A stretch of 64,000 nt of DNA from a virus: positions 84,329 through 148,328 of IMG/VR virus record IMGVR_UViG_3300043446_003702. One strand, given 5' to 3'. The position numbers and the translations under genes were made by a program. The notes beneath the pieces are model-generated. The model had not been told where the DNA came from and ran no database searches. It saw only the letters and a list, made by a program, of their open reading frames with translations. This document shows, piece after piece, positions 11,056 to 21,339 of this stretch. Within the stretch, counting starts at the first letter, position 1. Every line of letters begins with the position of its first letter.

Positions 11056-11355
11056 TTAGAATCCCAATACAGATTTGAGTGTGGTGATTTTGGGCAAGTA
11101 AATTTTGGTACCCACTGTGAAATCCAAAGGCGGTTTAGTAAGTGTATTGGGATTGCGTTGATAAAACACCCACCATAGTCGAGCATCGCCGTACAAGTCA
11201 TGCGCCAACAAATCAGGTCTATATTGATAAGTGATATTGATACTAAAACTCAAATCGTCACTTTCTTTGGGCAAAGGCCGGTCCACCATGACGTCAAGAT
11301 AAAATTGATTGTACCCTGTGGCAAAATAAGGACTGGTTGCATCATAATTGGCCAT
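11056..11355 (-). CDS. gp53: Baseplate wedge protein gp53-like (LysM-like)
   Basis: YRPDLLAHDLYGDARLWWVF..RNP...GTKIYLP motif; likely start 11355 (TAATG overlap). Confidence 0.8.
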   Translation of the reverse strand: MANYDATSPYFATGYNQFYLDVMVDRPLPKESDDLSFSINITYQYRPDLLAHDLYGDARLWWVFYQRNPNTLTKPPLDFTVGTKIYLPKITTLKSVLGF

Positions 11356-12707
11356 TACCAAAACCCTCCTTTGAGCAAATTACCATTGGCAAACTCTTTG
11401 ACACTGAACTGTTGGCTGACTTGGTCCCGTGTTTGTACAGGCAGCAAACTGATTTGCACTGTAATTTTGGTAGGCACATAAGTTGAATTGTCTATGTTGT
11501 TGACACTTTGACTAACAGTTAATAATTCTTGCGGAGTGTTGGGCACTGCGCCCTTGGGTAGCAAAGCATTTCTCAGTCGATTTATCACAGCAGATATAGG
11601 ATTGTTACCACTCTGTGTTTTGGGCAAAGTATTGTTGAAATTTACATTGTAGTTGTTGGGTTTGGTTCTAATGTAATCTACATCATTGGGCAAGTTATAA
11701 TTAAAACTGCGAATCACGCAAGGGTGTGCGTTGAACTGGTACTGTCCCAGCCCAAACAAATACACCAATGGTGGCGGAGTGCCGCGCTGGCTATCTTTGC
11801 CGCCATAAAACATTTTTGTGGCCGAACGAAAAAAATGTATCACTGCCAAAAGATAATTAGCTTCAGCTGTATTTTGTGCAGTAAACACCCCAGTAATGGT
11901 AATGTCTCCCACATATGAATTTTTGTAAAAATATCCGCGATAGTTAGAATGTGTCAAATCTGTTGTGTCGTAATTGGCATTGTATGAGGTCTGTATGTCA
12001 GGCATGTATGGGAATATTACACCATCACTGTCCGCCAATGGCGCTAAAATTGACCTTTGCGTATCATCTTTGTACAGATACGTGGCGCCCGGCGCCAACT
12101 TTAATTTCACACGCCAGTCGCCATTGGCTGGAGACTGAAACTGTTCTTTAATGGCTTGTTGTTCTCGAAGTTGTATTTCTGTTGCTCGCTGCTGAGCTGC
12201 TTCAGCAGCGGCCACTGCATCTGCTGCTGCTTCTGGATTTCTAGCAGCCGCGTTGTTAAAGGCAGCGCCGCCAAATGGGCTGGTGGCGCCTGGATCTTGG
12301 GCAGCATCAACTGGTGCAGGTTGCTGAACACCAATGGCTCTGAGAACGCTCTGATTGGTGTCCGCAACAGCCACTTCACCCGGCGTTGATATTGTAATCT
12401 GGCCTTCGTTCGCTGTTGGGACTGCGGCGGCTGAACTAGGCACAGCAGGAGGTTGAAACACAGTGGGCGCAGCAGTATCTACAGGTGCGGCCACAGGCAC
12501 TGCGGGATCAGGCGGATTGCTTTGCTGGGTGAAAGATGAAATTTCTTGTTGAACAACCACAAGATCATTTAGAGCCTGACTGCGTTGAATGATCAACGCT
12601 TGCTGTTGTTGTGGCGGCGTGTCAGCTGCTGATATCTGTTGTGTGAGCCGTGCAATCTGTTGTTCTAACAGTGCTGCCTGTGCCTGTAACTGAGCCGGTG
12701 TTGCCAT
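11355..12707 (-). CDS. Tail tube initiator/baseplate protein (gp48/gp54-like) with an Ala/Pro/Gln-rich N-terminal extension
   Basis: GVIFPYMPDI...THSNY...ITITGVFTAQN...GTPPPLVYLFGLGQYQFNAHPCVIRSFNYNLPNDVDY suggests a tube-like fold. Confidence 0.65.
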   Translation of the reverse strand: MATPAQLQAQAALLEQQIARLTQQISAADTPPQQQQALIIQRSQALNDLVVVQQEISSFTQQSNPPDPAVPVAAPVDTAAPTVFQPPAVPSSAAAVPTANEGQITISTPGEVAVADTNQSVLRAIGVQQPAPVDAAQDPGATSPFGGAAFNNAAARNPEAAADAVAAAEAAQQRATEIQLREQQAIKEQFQSPANGDWRVKLKLAPGATYLYKDDTQRSILAPLADSDGVIFPYMPDIQTSYNANYDTTDLTHSNYRGYFYKNSYVGDITITGVFTAQNTAEANYLLAVIHFFRSATKMFYGGKDSQRGTPPPLVYLFGLGQYQFNAHPCVIRSFNYNLPNDVDYIRTKPNNYNVNFNNTLPKTQSGNNPISAVINRLRNALLPKGAVPNTPQELLTVSQSVNNIDNSTYVPTKITVQISLLPVQTRDQVSQQFSVKEFANGNLLKGGFW

Positions 12708-12762
12708 TTTATGTTCCTATCTCTTATTTACCCAAATCAAAAACCACACACTTAAAGAAAGG

Positions 12763-12795
12763 TTGACAATTGTTGTAAATGTGCTACAATAAGTA
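12763..12795 (+). promoter_or_regulatory. Sigma70-type promoter overlapped by a late-type AATAAGTA, upstream of gp55
   Basis: TTGACA 12763-12768, 16-nt spacer, TGC-TACAAT ending at 12790; AATAAGTA 12788-12795. A divergent TAAATA at 12725-12730 on the minus strand serves the baseplate operon. Confidence 0.65.
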
Positions 12796-12817
12796 CATAT
12801 CTGGAGAACCCCTGCCG

Positions 12818-13714
12818 ATGACTTTAATCGCAAAACCCGCACCCAAGGTCAACTACCTTAACAACCGTGACATCTTGAAGGAAATACATCTCAGCAAAAA
12901 CACCTACTGTGCATTTAGAGATCCTGTGACTGATCATCAGTTTGACATGATCCTACCCAGTGTGAGCAAAATCAATCAAAAGACCATTGCCGAAGCACGC
13001 CGCAATCGTGCTGACCGTCACAAACGTGAAACAGGTGTAGTGATTGACCCTAAAAAAATACCCAATACCGAAGTGGTTTTTCGTATCATGACCTGGGAAC
13101 ACATACCCCGAGCGCCCAAGAAAGTGCCTAAAACTGCACCCAAAAAGAAACGGATTGAGGACATCTTGGACCTTGATGATGTTACGGAAGACCCCTTGGC
13201 AGACTTGATTGACGATGTTGTGCTGGATCCCACACACATGCGAGTGAACTTTCCTCCGTTCTATCACTATCGTGTGGACGAAGACAAGAATCCTGTGCTG
13301 GTGGGCAAGAGCCACTGGCGGGGTGACTTAGACACCGGCGAATTCTGCAAGGACCACGGCAACATGACACGCAAGTTGGCCATGATGTTTTTGAAACTGT
13401 GCGAACGCTATGCCACTAGATCCAACTGGAGAGGCTACACCTACAATGAAGAAATGCGCGGACAAGCCCTGTTACAACTCAGTCAAATCGGACTGCAATT
13501 CGACGAATCAAAATCGCAGAATCCTTTTGCGTATTACACTGCTGCTATCACCAATAGTTTTACTCGCATCTTGAACATTGAAAAGAAAAATCAAAACATT
13601 CGTGATGACATTTTGGAAATGAACGGGCTCAATCCATCTTGGACACGTCAGAACTCTGGTAAAGCCAGCATGGAAGCCATGAGTGGTCCAGTTGTGACAA
13701 CCTATGAAGAATGA
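12818..13714 (+). CDS. gp55: Late transcription sigma factor gp55-like
   Basis: NYLNNRDIL...LCERYATRSNWRGYTYNEEMRGQALLQL...FDESKSQNPFAYYT motif; upstream of gp47/gp46 as in T4. ATG 12818 follows a GGAGA SD. Confidence 0.85.
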   Translation: MTLIAKPAPKVNYLNNRDILKEIHLSKNTYCAFRDPVTDHQFDMILPSVSKINQKTIAEARRNRADRHKRETGVVIDPKKIPNTEVVFRIMTWEHIPRAPKKVPKTAPKKKRIEDILDLDDVTEDPLADLIDDVVLDPTHMRVNFPPFYHYRVDEDKNPVLVGKSHWRGDLDTGEFCKDHGNMTRKLAMMFLKLCERYATRSNWRGYTYNEEMRGQALLQLSQIGLQFDESKSQNPFAYYTAAITNSFTRILNIEKKNQNIRDDILEMNGLNPSWTRQNSGKASMEAMSGPVVTTYEE

Positions 13715-14601
13715 GTGGCACTGTTCCCATTGTGTACAATGCCGGGGCATACGGCACCTATGTTGAATGGTGTTTGACCACACTGTGTTCTAATCAAACC
13801 ATAATTACACCATTCAATGCCAATGGCAACAGCCATGGATTCACCGGCAACTTCCTGTCAGGGCTGCAAGGTTGGCAACAGTACAAGGTCAATCGACCCC
13901 GGCACCAATTTGTCAGGCTTCACCCCAAAAATCTGGCCTCAGAATCTCTGTCTGCCAATTTGACTGAAATATTACAGTCGGCGCCGGGCATGGTTTATCT
14001 GTATCCTGACCATGATCACATGCTGTTGGTGCTGAACAACTATTTGTCAAAGTGCCATGATGACTGGTGGCTTAAAAACTTTGCCGAGGACATTGATCAG
14101 TCAAAAATTTATTCAAACTGGCAAGTTGGCAACAAGAGCATTTCAGAAATTCCTTTGTGGGTGCGCAGAGAATTTTTGAGTTTTTATCTCATGCCAGCCT
14201 GGCATGATCAAATTGAGTGGTATCATTTAGATACCTGGATGCATCCACGCTCACACAACATACTGATCAAAGATTTGCTGTTTGATTTTGAGCGTGTCAT
14301 GCGCCAATTACAACAGGCATTTGGTTTTAAGTTCGCAAGGCCAATTCAAGATTTGCTGCCCTATCATGAAAAAAACCTAGCATTGCAAGTGCATCAAACA
14401 CAAGATCAGCTGTGTCAAAACATTGTTGACTCTGTGGTGCATGGCATTGATTTTGATTGGAGCAATCAACCACTGCCCTTGGCCAGCGAGGCCTATGTTC
14501 AGTGGCAACTGAGAAATTTAGGTTATGAAATTCGATGCCATGAACTTGACAAGTTCCCCACTGATAGTGTACACTTGAAGGAACTACTCTATACCATATG
14601 A
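13711..14601 (+). CDS. Hypothetical protein, possible P-loop/sulfotransferase-like fold
   Basis: 296 aa with ATGA coupling on both sides; N-terminal IVYNAGAYGTYVEW loop. The function is speculative. Confidence 0.4.
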   Translation: MSGTVPIVYNAGAYGTYVEWCLTTLCSNQTIITPFNANGNSHGFTGNFLSGLQGWQQYKVNRPRHQFVRLHPKNLASESLSANLTEILQSAPGMVYLYPDHDHMLLVLNNYLSKCHDDWWLKNFAEDIDQSKIYSNWQVGNKSISEIPLWVRREFLSFYLMPAWHDQIEWYHLDTWMHPRSHNILIKDLLFDFERVMRQLQQAFGFKFARPIQDLLPYHEKNLALQVHQTQDQLCQNIVDSVVHGIDFDWSNQPLPLASEAYVQWQLRNLGYEIRCHELDKFPTDSVHLKELLYTI

Positions 14602-15611
14602 ATCTATTTCGCAAAGCCGCAGTCTTCACAGACATACATTTTGGATTGAAGTCCAACAGCCAAACACACAATGATGATTGTCTAGCATTTGTCAAATGGG
14701 CCACTGCCAAGGCCCGGGAACAAGGTTGCGAAACATGTTTGTTCCTGGGTGACTGGCACAACAATCGTGCCAGCTTAAATATTGTTACCCTGAACTTTAG
14801 TTTACAGGCCTTGGAGCATATGAATGACAATTTTGATCAGGTATATTTTATTCCTGGCAATCACGATCTTTATTATCGAGACAAGCGCGATATACAAAGT
14901 GTGGAGTGGGCCAAACACCTACCGAACGTTGTTATATGTAATGATTGGTTCAGCAGTGGTGACGTTGTTATTGCCCCTTGGTTGTGTGGCGACGATCACA
15001 AGCGTATTCCAAAACTAACTGGTCGGTACATGTTTGGGCATTTTGAATTGCCCGGTTACTACATGAATGCCATGGTGCAGATGCCAGATCATGGCACCAT
15101 ACAGCGTTCAGACTTCCAGGCCTTTGATCATGTGTTCACCGGACACTTTCACAAACGTCAAACTGCCAACAACATCACCTACATTGGCAACTGCTTTCCA
15201 CACAACTATGCCGACGCTGGAGATGACGAACGTGGCATGATGATCTTGGAATGGGGGCAGGAGCCCACGTATCATGCCTGGCCTGATCAGCCCCGATATC
15301 GTGTGTATGGCCTGGCCAATCTCATTGACAATGCTGCCACACTGCTGGCTCCCAAAATGCATGTGCGTGTGAACCTAGACATTGAAATCTCATACGAAGA
15401 AGCCAACTTTATCAAAGAAACATTTATCCGAGATTATGGTCTGCGTGAAATGGCGTTGATTCCTAACAAAACTTCCGGTGTAGATGTAGACCTTGCGCCT
15501 GGCAATGTCAAATTTGAGTCAGTGGATCAAATTGTCACAGACCAACTCACCAACATTGAATCAGAATTCTATGACAACAAACTGTTATTGCAGATATATC
15601 AAAATTTATGA
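14598..15611 (+). CDS. gp47: Recombination endonuclease gp47 (Mre11/SbcD-like)
   Basis: Metallophosphoesterase motifs DIHFG, LGDW, GNHD, GHF and GHFH. Confidence 0.92.
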   Translation: MNLFRKAAVFTDIHFGLKSNSQTHNDDCLAFVKWATAKAREQGCETCLFLGDWHNNRASLNIVTLNFSLQALEHMNDNFDQVYFIPGNHDLYYRDKRDIQSVEWAKHLPNVVICNDWFSSGDVVIAPWLCGDDHKRIPKLTGRYMFGHFELPGYYMNAMVQMPDHGTIQRSDFQAFDHVFTGHFHKRQTANNITYIGNCFPHNYADAGDDERGMMILEWGQEPTYHAWPDQPRYRVYGLANLIDNAATLLAPKMHVRVNLDIEISYEEANFIKETFIRDYGLREMALIPNKTSGVDVDLAPGNVKFESVDQIVTDQLTNIESEFYDNKLLLQIYQNL

Positions 15612-17371
15612 TTCAAATTAAAAATCTTTCTGTTCGAAATTTCATGAGTGTGGGCAATGCCACACAGGGCATTGACTTTGACCGTCAAGACCTTACCTTG
15701 GTCTTGGGTGAGAATCTAGACCTAGGCGGTGATGGATCACGCAACGGCACAGGCAAGACCACAATCATCAACGCCTTGAGTTATGCTCTATATGGGCAAG
15801 CATTGTCAAACATTCGCAAAGACAATCTTGTAAACAAAACCAACAGCAAAGGCATGTTGGTAAGTTTGGATTTCAGTGTCAATGGTAAAAACTACAGAAT
15901 TGAACGTGGACGCAAGCCCAATGTGTTGCGCTTCTATGTGGACAGTGAAGAACAAAGTGCCAGTGATGATGCACAAGGTGACAGCCGAGAAACACAGGAT
16001 GCCATAGAACGTGTCATGGGCATGAGTCATGACATGTTTCAACACGTTGTGGCCTTGAACACCTACACCTTGCCGTTTCTCAGTTTGAAAGCCAATGAAC
16101 AACGCACCATAATTGAACAGTTGCTGGGTATCACACTGCTGAGTGAACGTGCCGATCGTATCAAAGAACTCAACAAGGTTACCAAGGATGCCATCACCAC
16201 AGAAGAATTTAGAATACGTGCTGTGCAAGAAGCCAACCGGCGCATTGAAGAACAGATAGAAAGTCTGCGTAAGCGACAACGACTTTGGACAGCCAAGCGT
16301 GATGAAGATGTTGAAAAACTTGGTCAAGCCATTGCGGACTTAGAACACATTGACATCGACGCCGAAGTGCAGGCGCACAGAGATTTAGAAACGTTCCATG
16401 TCAAACGCAAAGCCATAGATGAAGCCAATCATTGGCTAAGACAGATTGCTGCTGATGATGTCAAACAAAACAAATTGATAGAAAAACTAAAAAAAGAAAT
16501 TGAAGCACTAGACAATCATCAGTGCTATGCCTGTGGACAAGATTTACACGACACCAAGCAAGATGAGATACGTGCCAGCAAGCAGGTCACGCTACAGGAA
16601 ACTGCACTTCAACTATTGGCCAATGACACGCAACGCCAGGAACATCAAAACACATTGAGTGAACTAGGCGAGTTAGGCACAGCCCCCACTGTGTTTTACG
16701 ACAGCCTCGAACAGGCACTGAATCATCGCAACACTGTGGAAACACTGCGCAAGGACTTGACCAGCAGAGCCAATGACACTGATCCCTACGCTGAACAGAT
16801 TGCAGACATGCAAAATCAAGCTCTGCAGTCAGTGGCATATGATGAATTAAACCGTCTCACAAGACTGCAGGACCATCAAGAGTTCTTGCTCAAACTACTC
16901 ACAAGCAAAGATTCGTTTGTACGCAAAAAGATCATTGATCAGAATTTGAGTTACCTCAATGCCAGACTCACACACTATTTGGATCGCATTGGATTGCCAC
17001 ATACTGTGAAGTTCCAAAATGACTTGAGTGTAAGCATTGAAGAACTGGGCCGTGAACTGGACTTTGATAACCTCAGTCGTGGCGAACGCAATCGACTGAT
17101 ACTGAGCATGTCATGGGCATTCCGTGATGTATGGGAAAGTCTGTACAGCCCTATCAATATACTATTCATTGATGAAATGATTGACTCAGGCTTGGACACA
17201 CAGGGTGTGGAAAATGCCTTGGCCTTGCTGAAGAAGATGACTCGTGAACGCAACAAATCAATTTGGCTTGTGAGTCACCGAGACGAACTCACCAGTCGTG
17301 TGGAAAACATACTGAAGGTTGTCAAAGAAAACGGTTTTACCAGTTATAGCACAGATGTTGATATAAAATGA
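15608..17371 (+). CDS. gp46: Recombination ATPase gp46 (Rad50/SbcC-like)
   Basis: Walker A NGTGKTT, coiled coil with a CYAC zinc hook, signature LSRGE and Walker B ILFIDE. Confidence 0.93.
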   Translation: MIQIKNLSVRNFMSVGNATQGIDFDRQDLTLVLGENLDLGGDGSRNGTGKTTIINALSYALYGQALSNIRKDNLVNKTNSKGMLVSLDFSVNGKNYRIERGRKPNVLRFYVDSEEQSASDDAQGDSRETQDAIERVMGMSHDMFQHVVALNTYTLPFLSLKANEQRTIIEQLLGITLLSERADRIKELNKVTKDAITTEEFRIRAVQEANRRIEEQIESLRKRQRLWTAKRDEDVEKLGQAIADLEHIDIDAEVQAHRDLETFHVKRKAIDEANHWLRQIAADDVKQNKLIEKLKKEIEALDNHQCYACGQDLHDTKQDEIRASKQVTLQETALQLLANDTQRQEHQNTLSELGELGTAPTVFYDSLEQALNHRNTVETLRKDLTSRANDTDPYAEQIADMQNQALQSVAYDELNRLTRLQDHQEFLLKLLTSKDSFVRKKIIDQNLSYLNARLTHYLDRIGLPHTVKFQNDLSVSIEELGRELDFDNLSRGERNRLILSMSWAFRDVWESLYSPINILFIDEMIDSGLDTQGVENALALLKKMTRERNKSIWLVSHRDELTSRVENILKVVKENGFTSYSTDVDIK

Positions 17372-17778
17372 ATTGCGTTGAGATTGCCAGTTTGACCAAT
17401 TTGGAATATGTCAAAATCAGCATTAATCAACAGATTGTGCTAGAAACACACAATTGCAAAACATTGAACTGTAAGATAGTTACATTGCCAGCAACAGTCA
17501 ATGTAGAATTTCGACCATTAAAAATTCGACCCATAGTAAGATATAACAATTTTATGTTGAATTATTGGTTGGCTGGCATACAGTTATTTGATCACCAACT
17601 TGAATTTACCATTACAGAAACGTTTTTTCAAGACTACAAGAATAAAAATATACAAGGACGGATTGACTCTCTCACTGAGTCTCAAAAAAAACTAGATCAC
17701 TATTGGGATAAATATGTTGGCATTGACAATTTACACCCAGAAATAGTTCAAAAAATCAAAAGTCTTATCAGCAAATGA
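17368..17778 (+). CDS. Hypothetical protein (first gene of the AT-rich accessory cassette)
   Basis: 136 aa, translationally coupled to gp46 and to the next gene. Confidence 0.6.
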   Translation: MNCVEIASLTNLEYVKISINQQIVLETHNCKTLNCKIVTLPATVNVEFRPLKIRPIVRYNNFMLNYWLAGIQLFDHQLEFTITETFFQDYKNKNIQGRIDSLTESQKKLDHYWDKYVGIDNLHPEIVQKIKSLISK

Positions 17779-19307
17779 AAAATGTTGTATTTGTCGCCTT
17801 GCCCAAAATAGAAATAACATATCCTTCGGGAGCTATTGCTATTTTGTCAAGTGTGGCCAAAGCAAACCATTATGAATCTGTTGTCTATGATTATAATTTA
17901 GATTTACATACATTGTTAACTGCCACAGAGTGGAATGAACTAGAACTGTGGAATACATTTGCGACATCTAGTATTTCTACAGAACTTGAACACAAAATAC
18001 ATCAAATTTTTATAACAAATTTAAAAAAATGTATAAACCCACAGACAGAATACGTTTGTTTTTGTGTGTTCAGCTATTTTAGCAATCAGATTGCTCTTAA
18101 AGTTCTTAATTGGTACAAACACTTCAGCAACATACCTTCAATAGTAGGTGGCGCAGGAATATCAACTGATGCTAGTGCCACTAATAAAGAAATTTTTGGT
18201 AATCTATTGGTGCGTAACCAATTAGCCACTTATGTTGTTTTTGGCGAAGGCGAACTGTCATTTGACAGTATACTAAAAAAACAATTTGACTTTCCAGGAA
18301 TTAATGTGAACAATCCTCAACAGATTGAAGACCTCAGTGTATTACCTATTCCCACCTATGAGTACTTTGATATGGCAAGATATCAAAATCAAAAAATATT
18401 GATCACAGGCAGCCGGGGTTGTGTAAGAAACTGCACCTTTTGTGACATTGAGTTGACTTGGCCAAAATTTAGATATCGAAAAGCTGAACACATAGTTGAG
18501 GAAATAAAACAACATTTTTACGAGTACGGCATTACTGAATTTGAATTTACCGACAGCTTGATCAATGGCAGTATGAGCAATTTCAATCGTTTTAATGAAT
18601 TGTTGTACGAAGCAAAACAAAAAGATCCTGCATTGGAAACAATCAAATATCAAGGACAATTTATCTGTAGACCCAGTGGATCTAACCAAGACAAGTCTTA
18701 TGAACTCATGCACCTTGCAGGCTGTAATATGTTGATCACTGGCATTGAAAGTTTTAGTGAGAATGTTCGCAATCACATGCGTAAAAAATTCAACAACAGC
18801 GATATTGATTACCACTTTGAACAATGCGCACGTTGGGGGATCCCCAACGTGCTTTTGATGATTGTTGGATATCCAACTGAAACTGAACAAGATCACCTAG
18901 ACAATATCAATGCCTTAAAAAAATACAAACCATTTGTGGACATGGGGACAATTTTTATGGTGCGTTGGGGATTGACCATGCATCTTTACGAGCATACTCC
19001 CATCATGAACATGGTTAATGAATTAGGTATTAATTTCAGCAACGATATAAAATTTGACAGCGTTTACAGTTGGACGTCGGACAAAAATCCAACAAACACC
19101 TTGCAAGAACGCATACGTCGAAGATTAGAAATACACGAACTGTGTGTGGAATTGGGTTACCCTATGCCAAGAGTGTTGGAAGAATTACTGGTGTTGGTTA
19201 ATTTGGCGGAAAAAAGTCGGGAACTAAAGAAAAAAACAATTTTTACACTAGAATTAGAGACACCATCTAGTGTGCCTGCTAATTTTAAAACAAACGCATA
19301 TACCTAA
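17775..19307 (+). CDS. Radical SAM protein with an N-terminal B12-binding-like domain (class B-like)
   Basis: SRGCVRNCTFC (CxxxCxxC), IVGGAG, VVFGEGE, FTDSLING, GIESFSE and MIVGYPTET. Confidence 0.85.
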   Translation: MKNVVFVALPKIEITYPSGAIAILSSVAKANHYESVVYDYNLDLHTLLTATEWNELELWNTFATSSISTELEHKIHQIFITNLKKCINPQTEYVCFCVFSYFSNQIALKVLNWYKHFSNIPSIVGGAGISTDASATNKEIFGNLLVRNQLATYVVFGEGELSFDSILKKQFDFPGINVNNPQQIEDLSVLPIPTYEYFDMARYQNQKILITGSRGCVRNCTFCDIELTWPKFRYRKAEHIVEEIKQHFYEYGITEFEFTDSLINGSMSNFNRFNELLYEAKQKDPALETIKYQGQFICRPSGSNQDKSYELMHLAGCNMLITGIESFSENVRNHMRKKFNNSDIDYHFEQCARWGIPNVLLMIVGYPTETEQDHLDNINALKKYKPFVDMGTIFMVRWGLTMHLYEHTPIMNMVNELGINFSNDIKFDSVYSWTSDKNPTNTLQERIRRRLEIHELCVELGYPMPRVLEELLVLVNLAEKSRELKKKTIFTLELETPSSVPANFKTNAYT

Positions 19308-20792
19308 ATGGACGCAGTTATTGTCAATATTCCTAGAATGGCTCCTAGTAGGCCCAGTGCGGGCACTGCCTTGATCAAAAGTTTGTTGAATAATATCAAT
19401 GTATCAAATAAATTACTGGATATAAACATTGATTTCTTTAATTGTTTTGCTGAGCAATACGGCGCAGAACAGTTTCAAGAACTTGATAGATACTTGTACA
19501 ACGACGACATTGTGTTGTCTGCTGCCACAAATCAAAGTTATCAAAATTTTTTGGAGTATTGGATCAAAAACATTGTTGAGCTAGACCCCAAATGGATTTT
19601 GATTAGTATTTTTACATGGCAATGTCAAAACTTTGCTCGAGACTTTATTAGTAAACTGAGAACATATACCACTGCCAAGATTGTGATAGGCGGGCAAGGC
19701 ATGATCAAAAGTGAGAACACCAGCTTCAATGAAAATCCTTATTTTGCCAAAGAACTTTTGACCGCTGGTGTAATAGATTATTACATACAAGGTGAAGCAG
19801 AAAAAGCGTTGCCCGAATTGTTACGTGGTAATGATACTTTCCCTGGCATCAACTCAGATATATTTGCCGAACGCAGTGAAATGAGTACAGTCCCTGCATA
19901 CGATTTTTCTGACCATGATATTACTGCATACCACAGTGGCTATTCAGATGGACAATTGCCACTAGAAAGCAGCCGTGGTTGCGTAAGATCTTGTTCGTTC
20001 TGTGATTGGCCTGTGTATGCCGGGGGCTTCCGCAGCAAGCCTGGAGATCAGTTGTTTGAAGAATGTATAGGCTATTATTACCAACATGGCACAACCAACT
20101 ATTATTTCAACGACAGTTTGATCAATGGCAATTTGACAGACTTTAGACAATTCAATCATAGATTAGTTGAGTATTACAAACAAAACAACTTGCCAGATCG
20201 CACAATCAAATACAGTGGCTGTTACATTGTTCGCAAGCCCAATCAATGGCGCGAGGAAGATTGGGAGTTGATTGGTCGTGCAGGGGCGGATATATTGTTA
20301 ATTGGGGTGGAAACAGGATCAGACCGTGTGCGTAAAGAAATGAAAAAAGGTTTCAACGCTGATGATTTAGACTTTACTGTGCAGATGGCCAGTCGTTACA
20401 AAGTAAAATTGTATTTTTTAATGATTGTGGGCTGGCCTAGTGAAACTAGAGAAGAGTTTGATGAAACCTTGGATTTATTGCGAAGATATCAACGCTATGT
20501 TGCTGACGGAACATTAATGGGCATAAACTTTGGTACTAGTCTTACCATAGGCGAAGGCACACCTATCTATAAAAATCCGGAAAAATTCAATGTTGTGGGA
20601 GTAAATGGTAAACGGCCCAACGATGTGTTTTGGATGCATCAACACAACCCTGCCCTCACGTACAAAGAACGTGTGCTACGCAGAATTGAGGCACAGGAAC
20701 TGGCCATCAGCTTGGGCTACACATTCTGGAAAGGTGATGATCAGTTGAACTTTATTCGCAACAAATACGAAAGAATCTTGAATGAAAATTGA
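19308..20792 (+). CDS. Radical SAM protein with a B12-binding-like domain, paralog of the upstream gene
   Basis: SRGCVRSCSFC, IVIGGQG, IQGEAE, FNDSLING, GVETGSD and MIVGWPSET. Confidence 0.85.
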   Translation: MDAVIVNIPRMAPSRPSAGTALIKSLLNNINVSNKLLDINIDFFNCFAEQYGAEQFQELDRYLYNDDIVLSAATNQSYQNFLEYWIKNIVELDPKWILISIFTWQCQNFARDFISKLRTYTTAKIVIGGQGMIKSENTSFNENPYFAKELLTAGVIDYYIQGEAEKALPELLRGNDTFPGINSDIFAERSEMSTVPAYDFSDHDITAYHSGYSDGQLPLESSRGCVRSCSFCDWPVYAGGFRSKPGDQLFEECIGYYYQHGTTNYYFNDSLINGNLTDFRQFNHRLVEYYKQNNLPDRTIKYSGCYIVRKPNQWREEDWELIGRAGADILLIGVETGSDRVRKEMKKGFNADDLDFTVQMASRYKVKLYFLMIVGWPSETREEFDETLDLLRRYQRYVADGTLMGINFGTSLTIGEGTPIYKNPEKFNVVGVNGKRPNDVFWMHQHNPALTYKERVLRRIEAQELAISLGYTFWKGDDQLNFIRNKYERILNEN

Positions 20793-21339
20793 AATTTTGT
20801 TGCAGTGCGAAACACGACTGGGTGCACCAATGATACGTTGTACCATAGACGAAGGTGCGCCATTTTTTGACGGTCCAGCACAGGAACACATCTCAGCCAC
20901 ACTAGGTGTAGCACCAGGATTTCATGAACTGGTGATTAGTCATTATAACAAACAAGATCATGATCATGTGTTGGACAATAATGGGTGCATCATCATAGAC
21001 AAGCATGTTGAAATCCTAGCTATTAGTATAGACAACCTTGAGTTCAGCATGGATGAACTAAGGCAAGCACATTTTTATCCTGTGTACCAATCTGTTTATT
21101 ATCAACAGCAGTTGGACCAAGGCCATAAGTTGCCTCCCAGTATTTCTCCAAATTTGTACTTGGGACACAATGGTATTTGGAAGTTGAACTTTCACACACC
21201 GTTTGTGGAATATATTATACAAAAACGTAAAAATTTGGCCATGAACTTGGACAACACTATTTTTCAAAGTGATACTGAGTTGTTACGCCAAACCAAAGAC
21301 TGGATACAGGCACAACCGGACATTGTATGGAACATATAG
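20782..21339 (+). CDS. Hypothetical protein, paralog of 22342-22827
   Basis: Shared motifs: HYNK..D...DKHVEILAISID..LYLGHNGIWKLNF here versus HYGK...DRSCELDSIEVD..LFFGKNGTWRIAF. Confidence 0.65.
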   Translation: MKIEILLQCETRLGAPMIRCTIDEGAPFFDGPAQEHISATLGVAPGFHELVISHYNKQDHDHVLDNNGCIIIDKHVEILAISIDNLEFSMDELRQAHFYPVYQSVYYQQQLDQGHKLPPSISPNLYLGHNGIWKLNFHTPFVEYIIQKRKNLAMNLDNTIFQSDTELLRQTKDWIQAQPDIVWNI

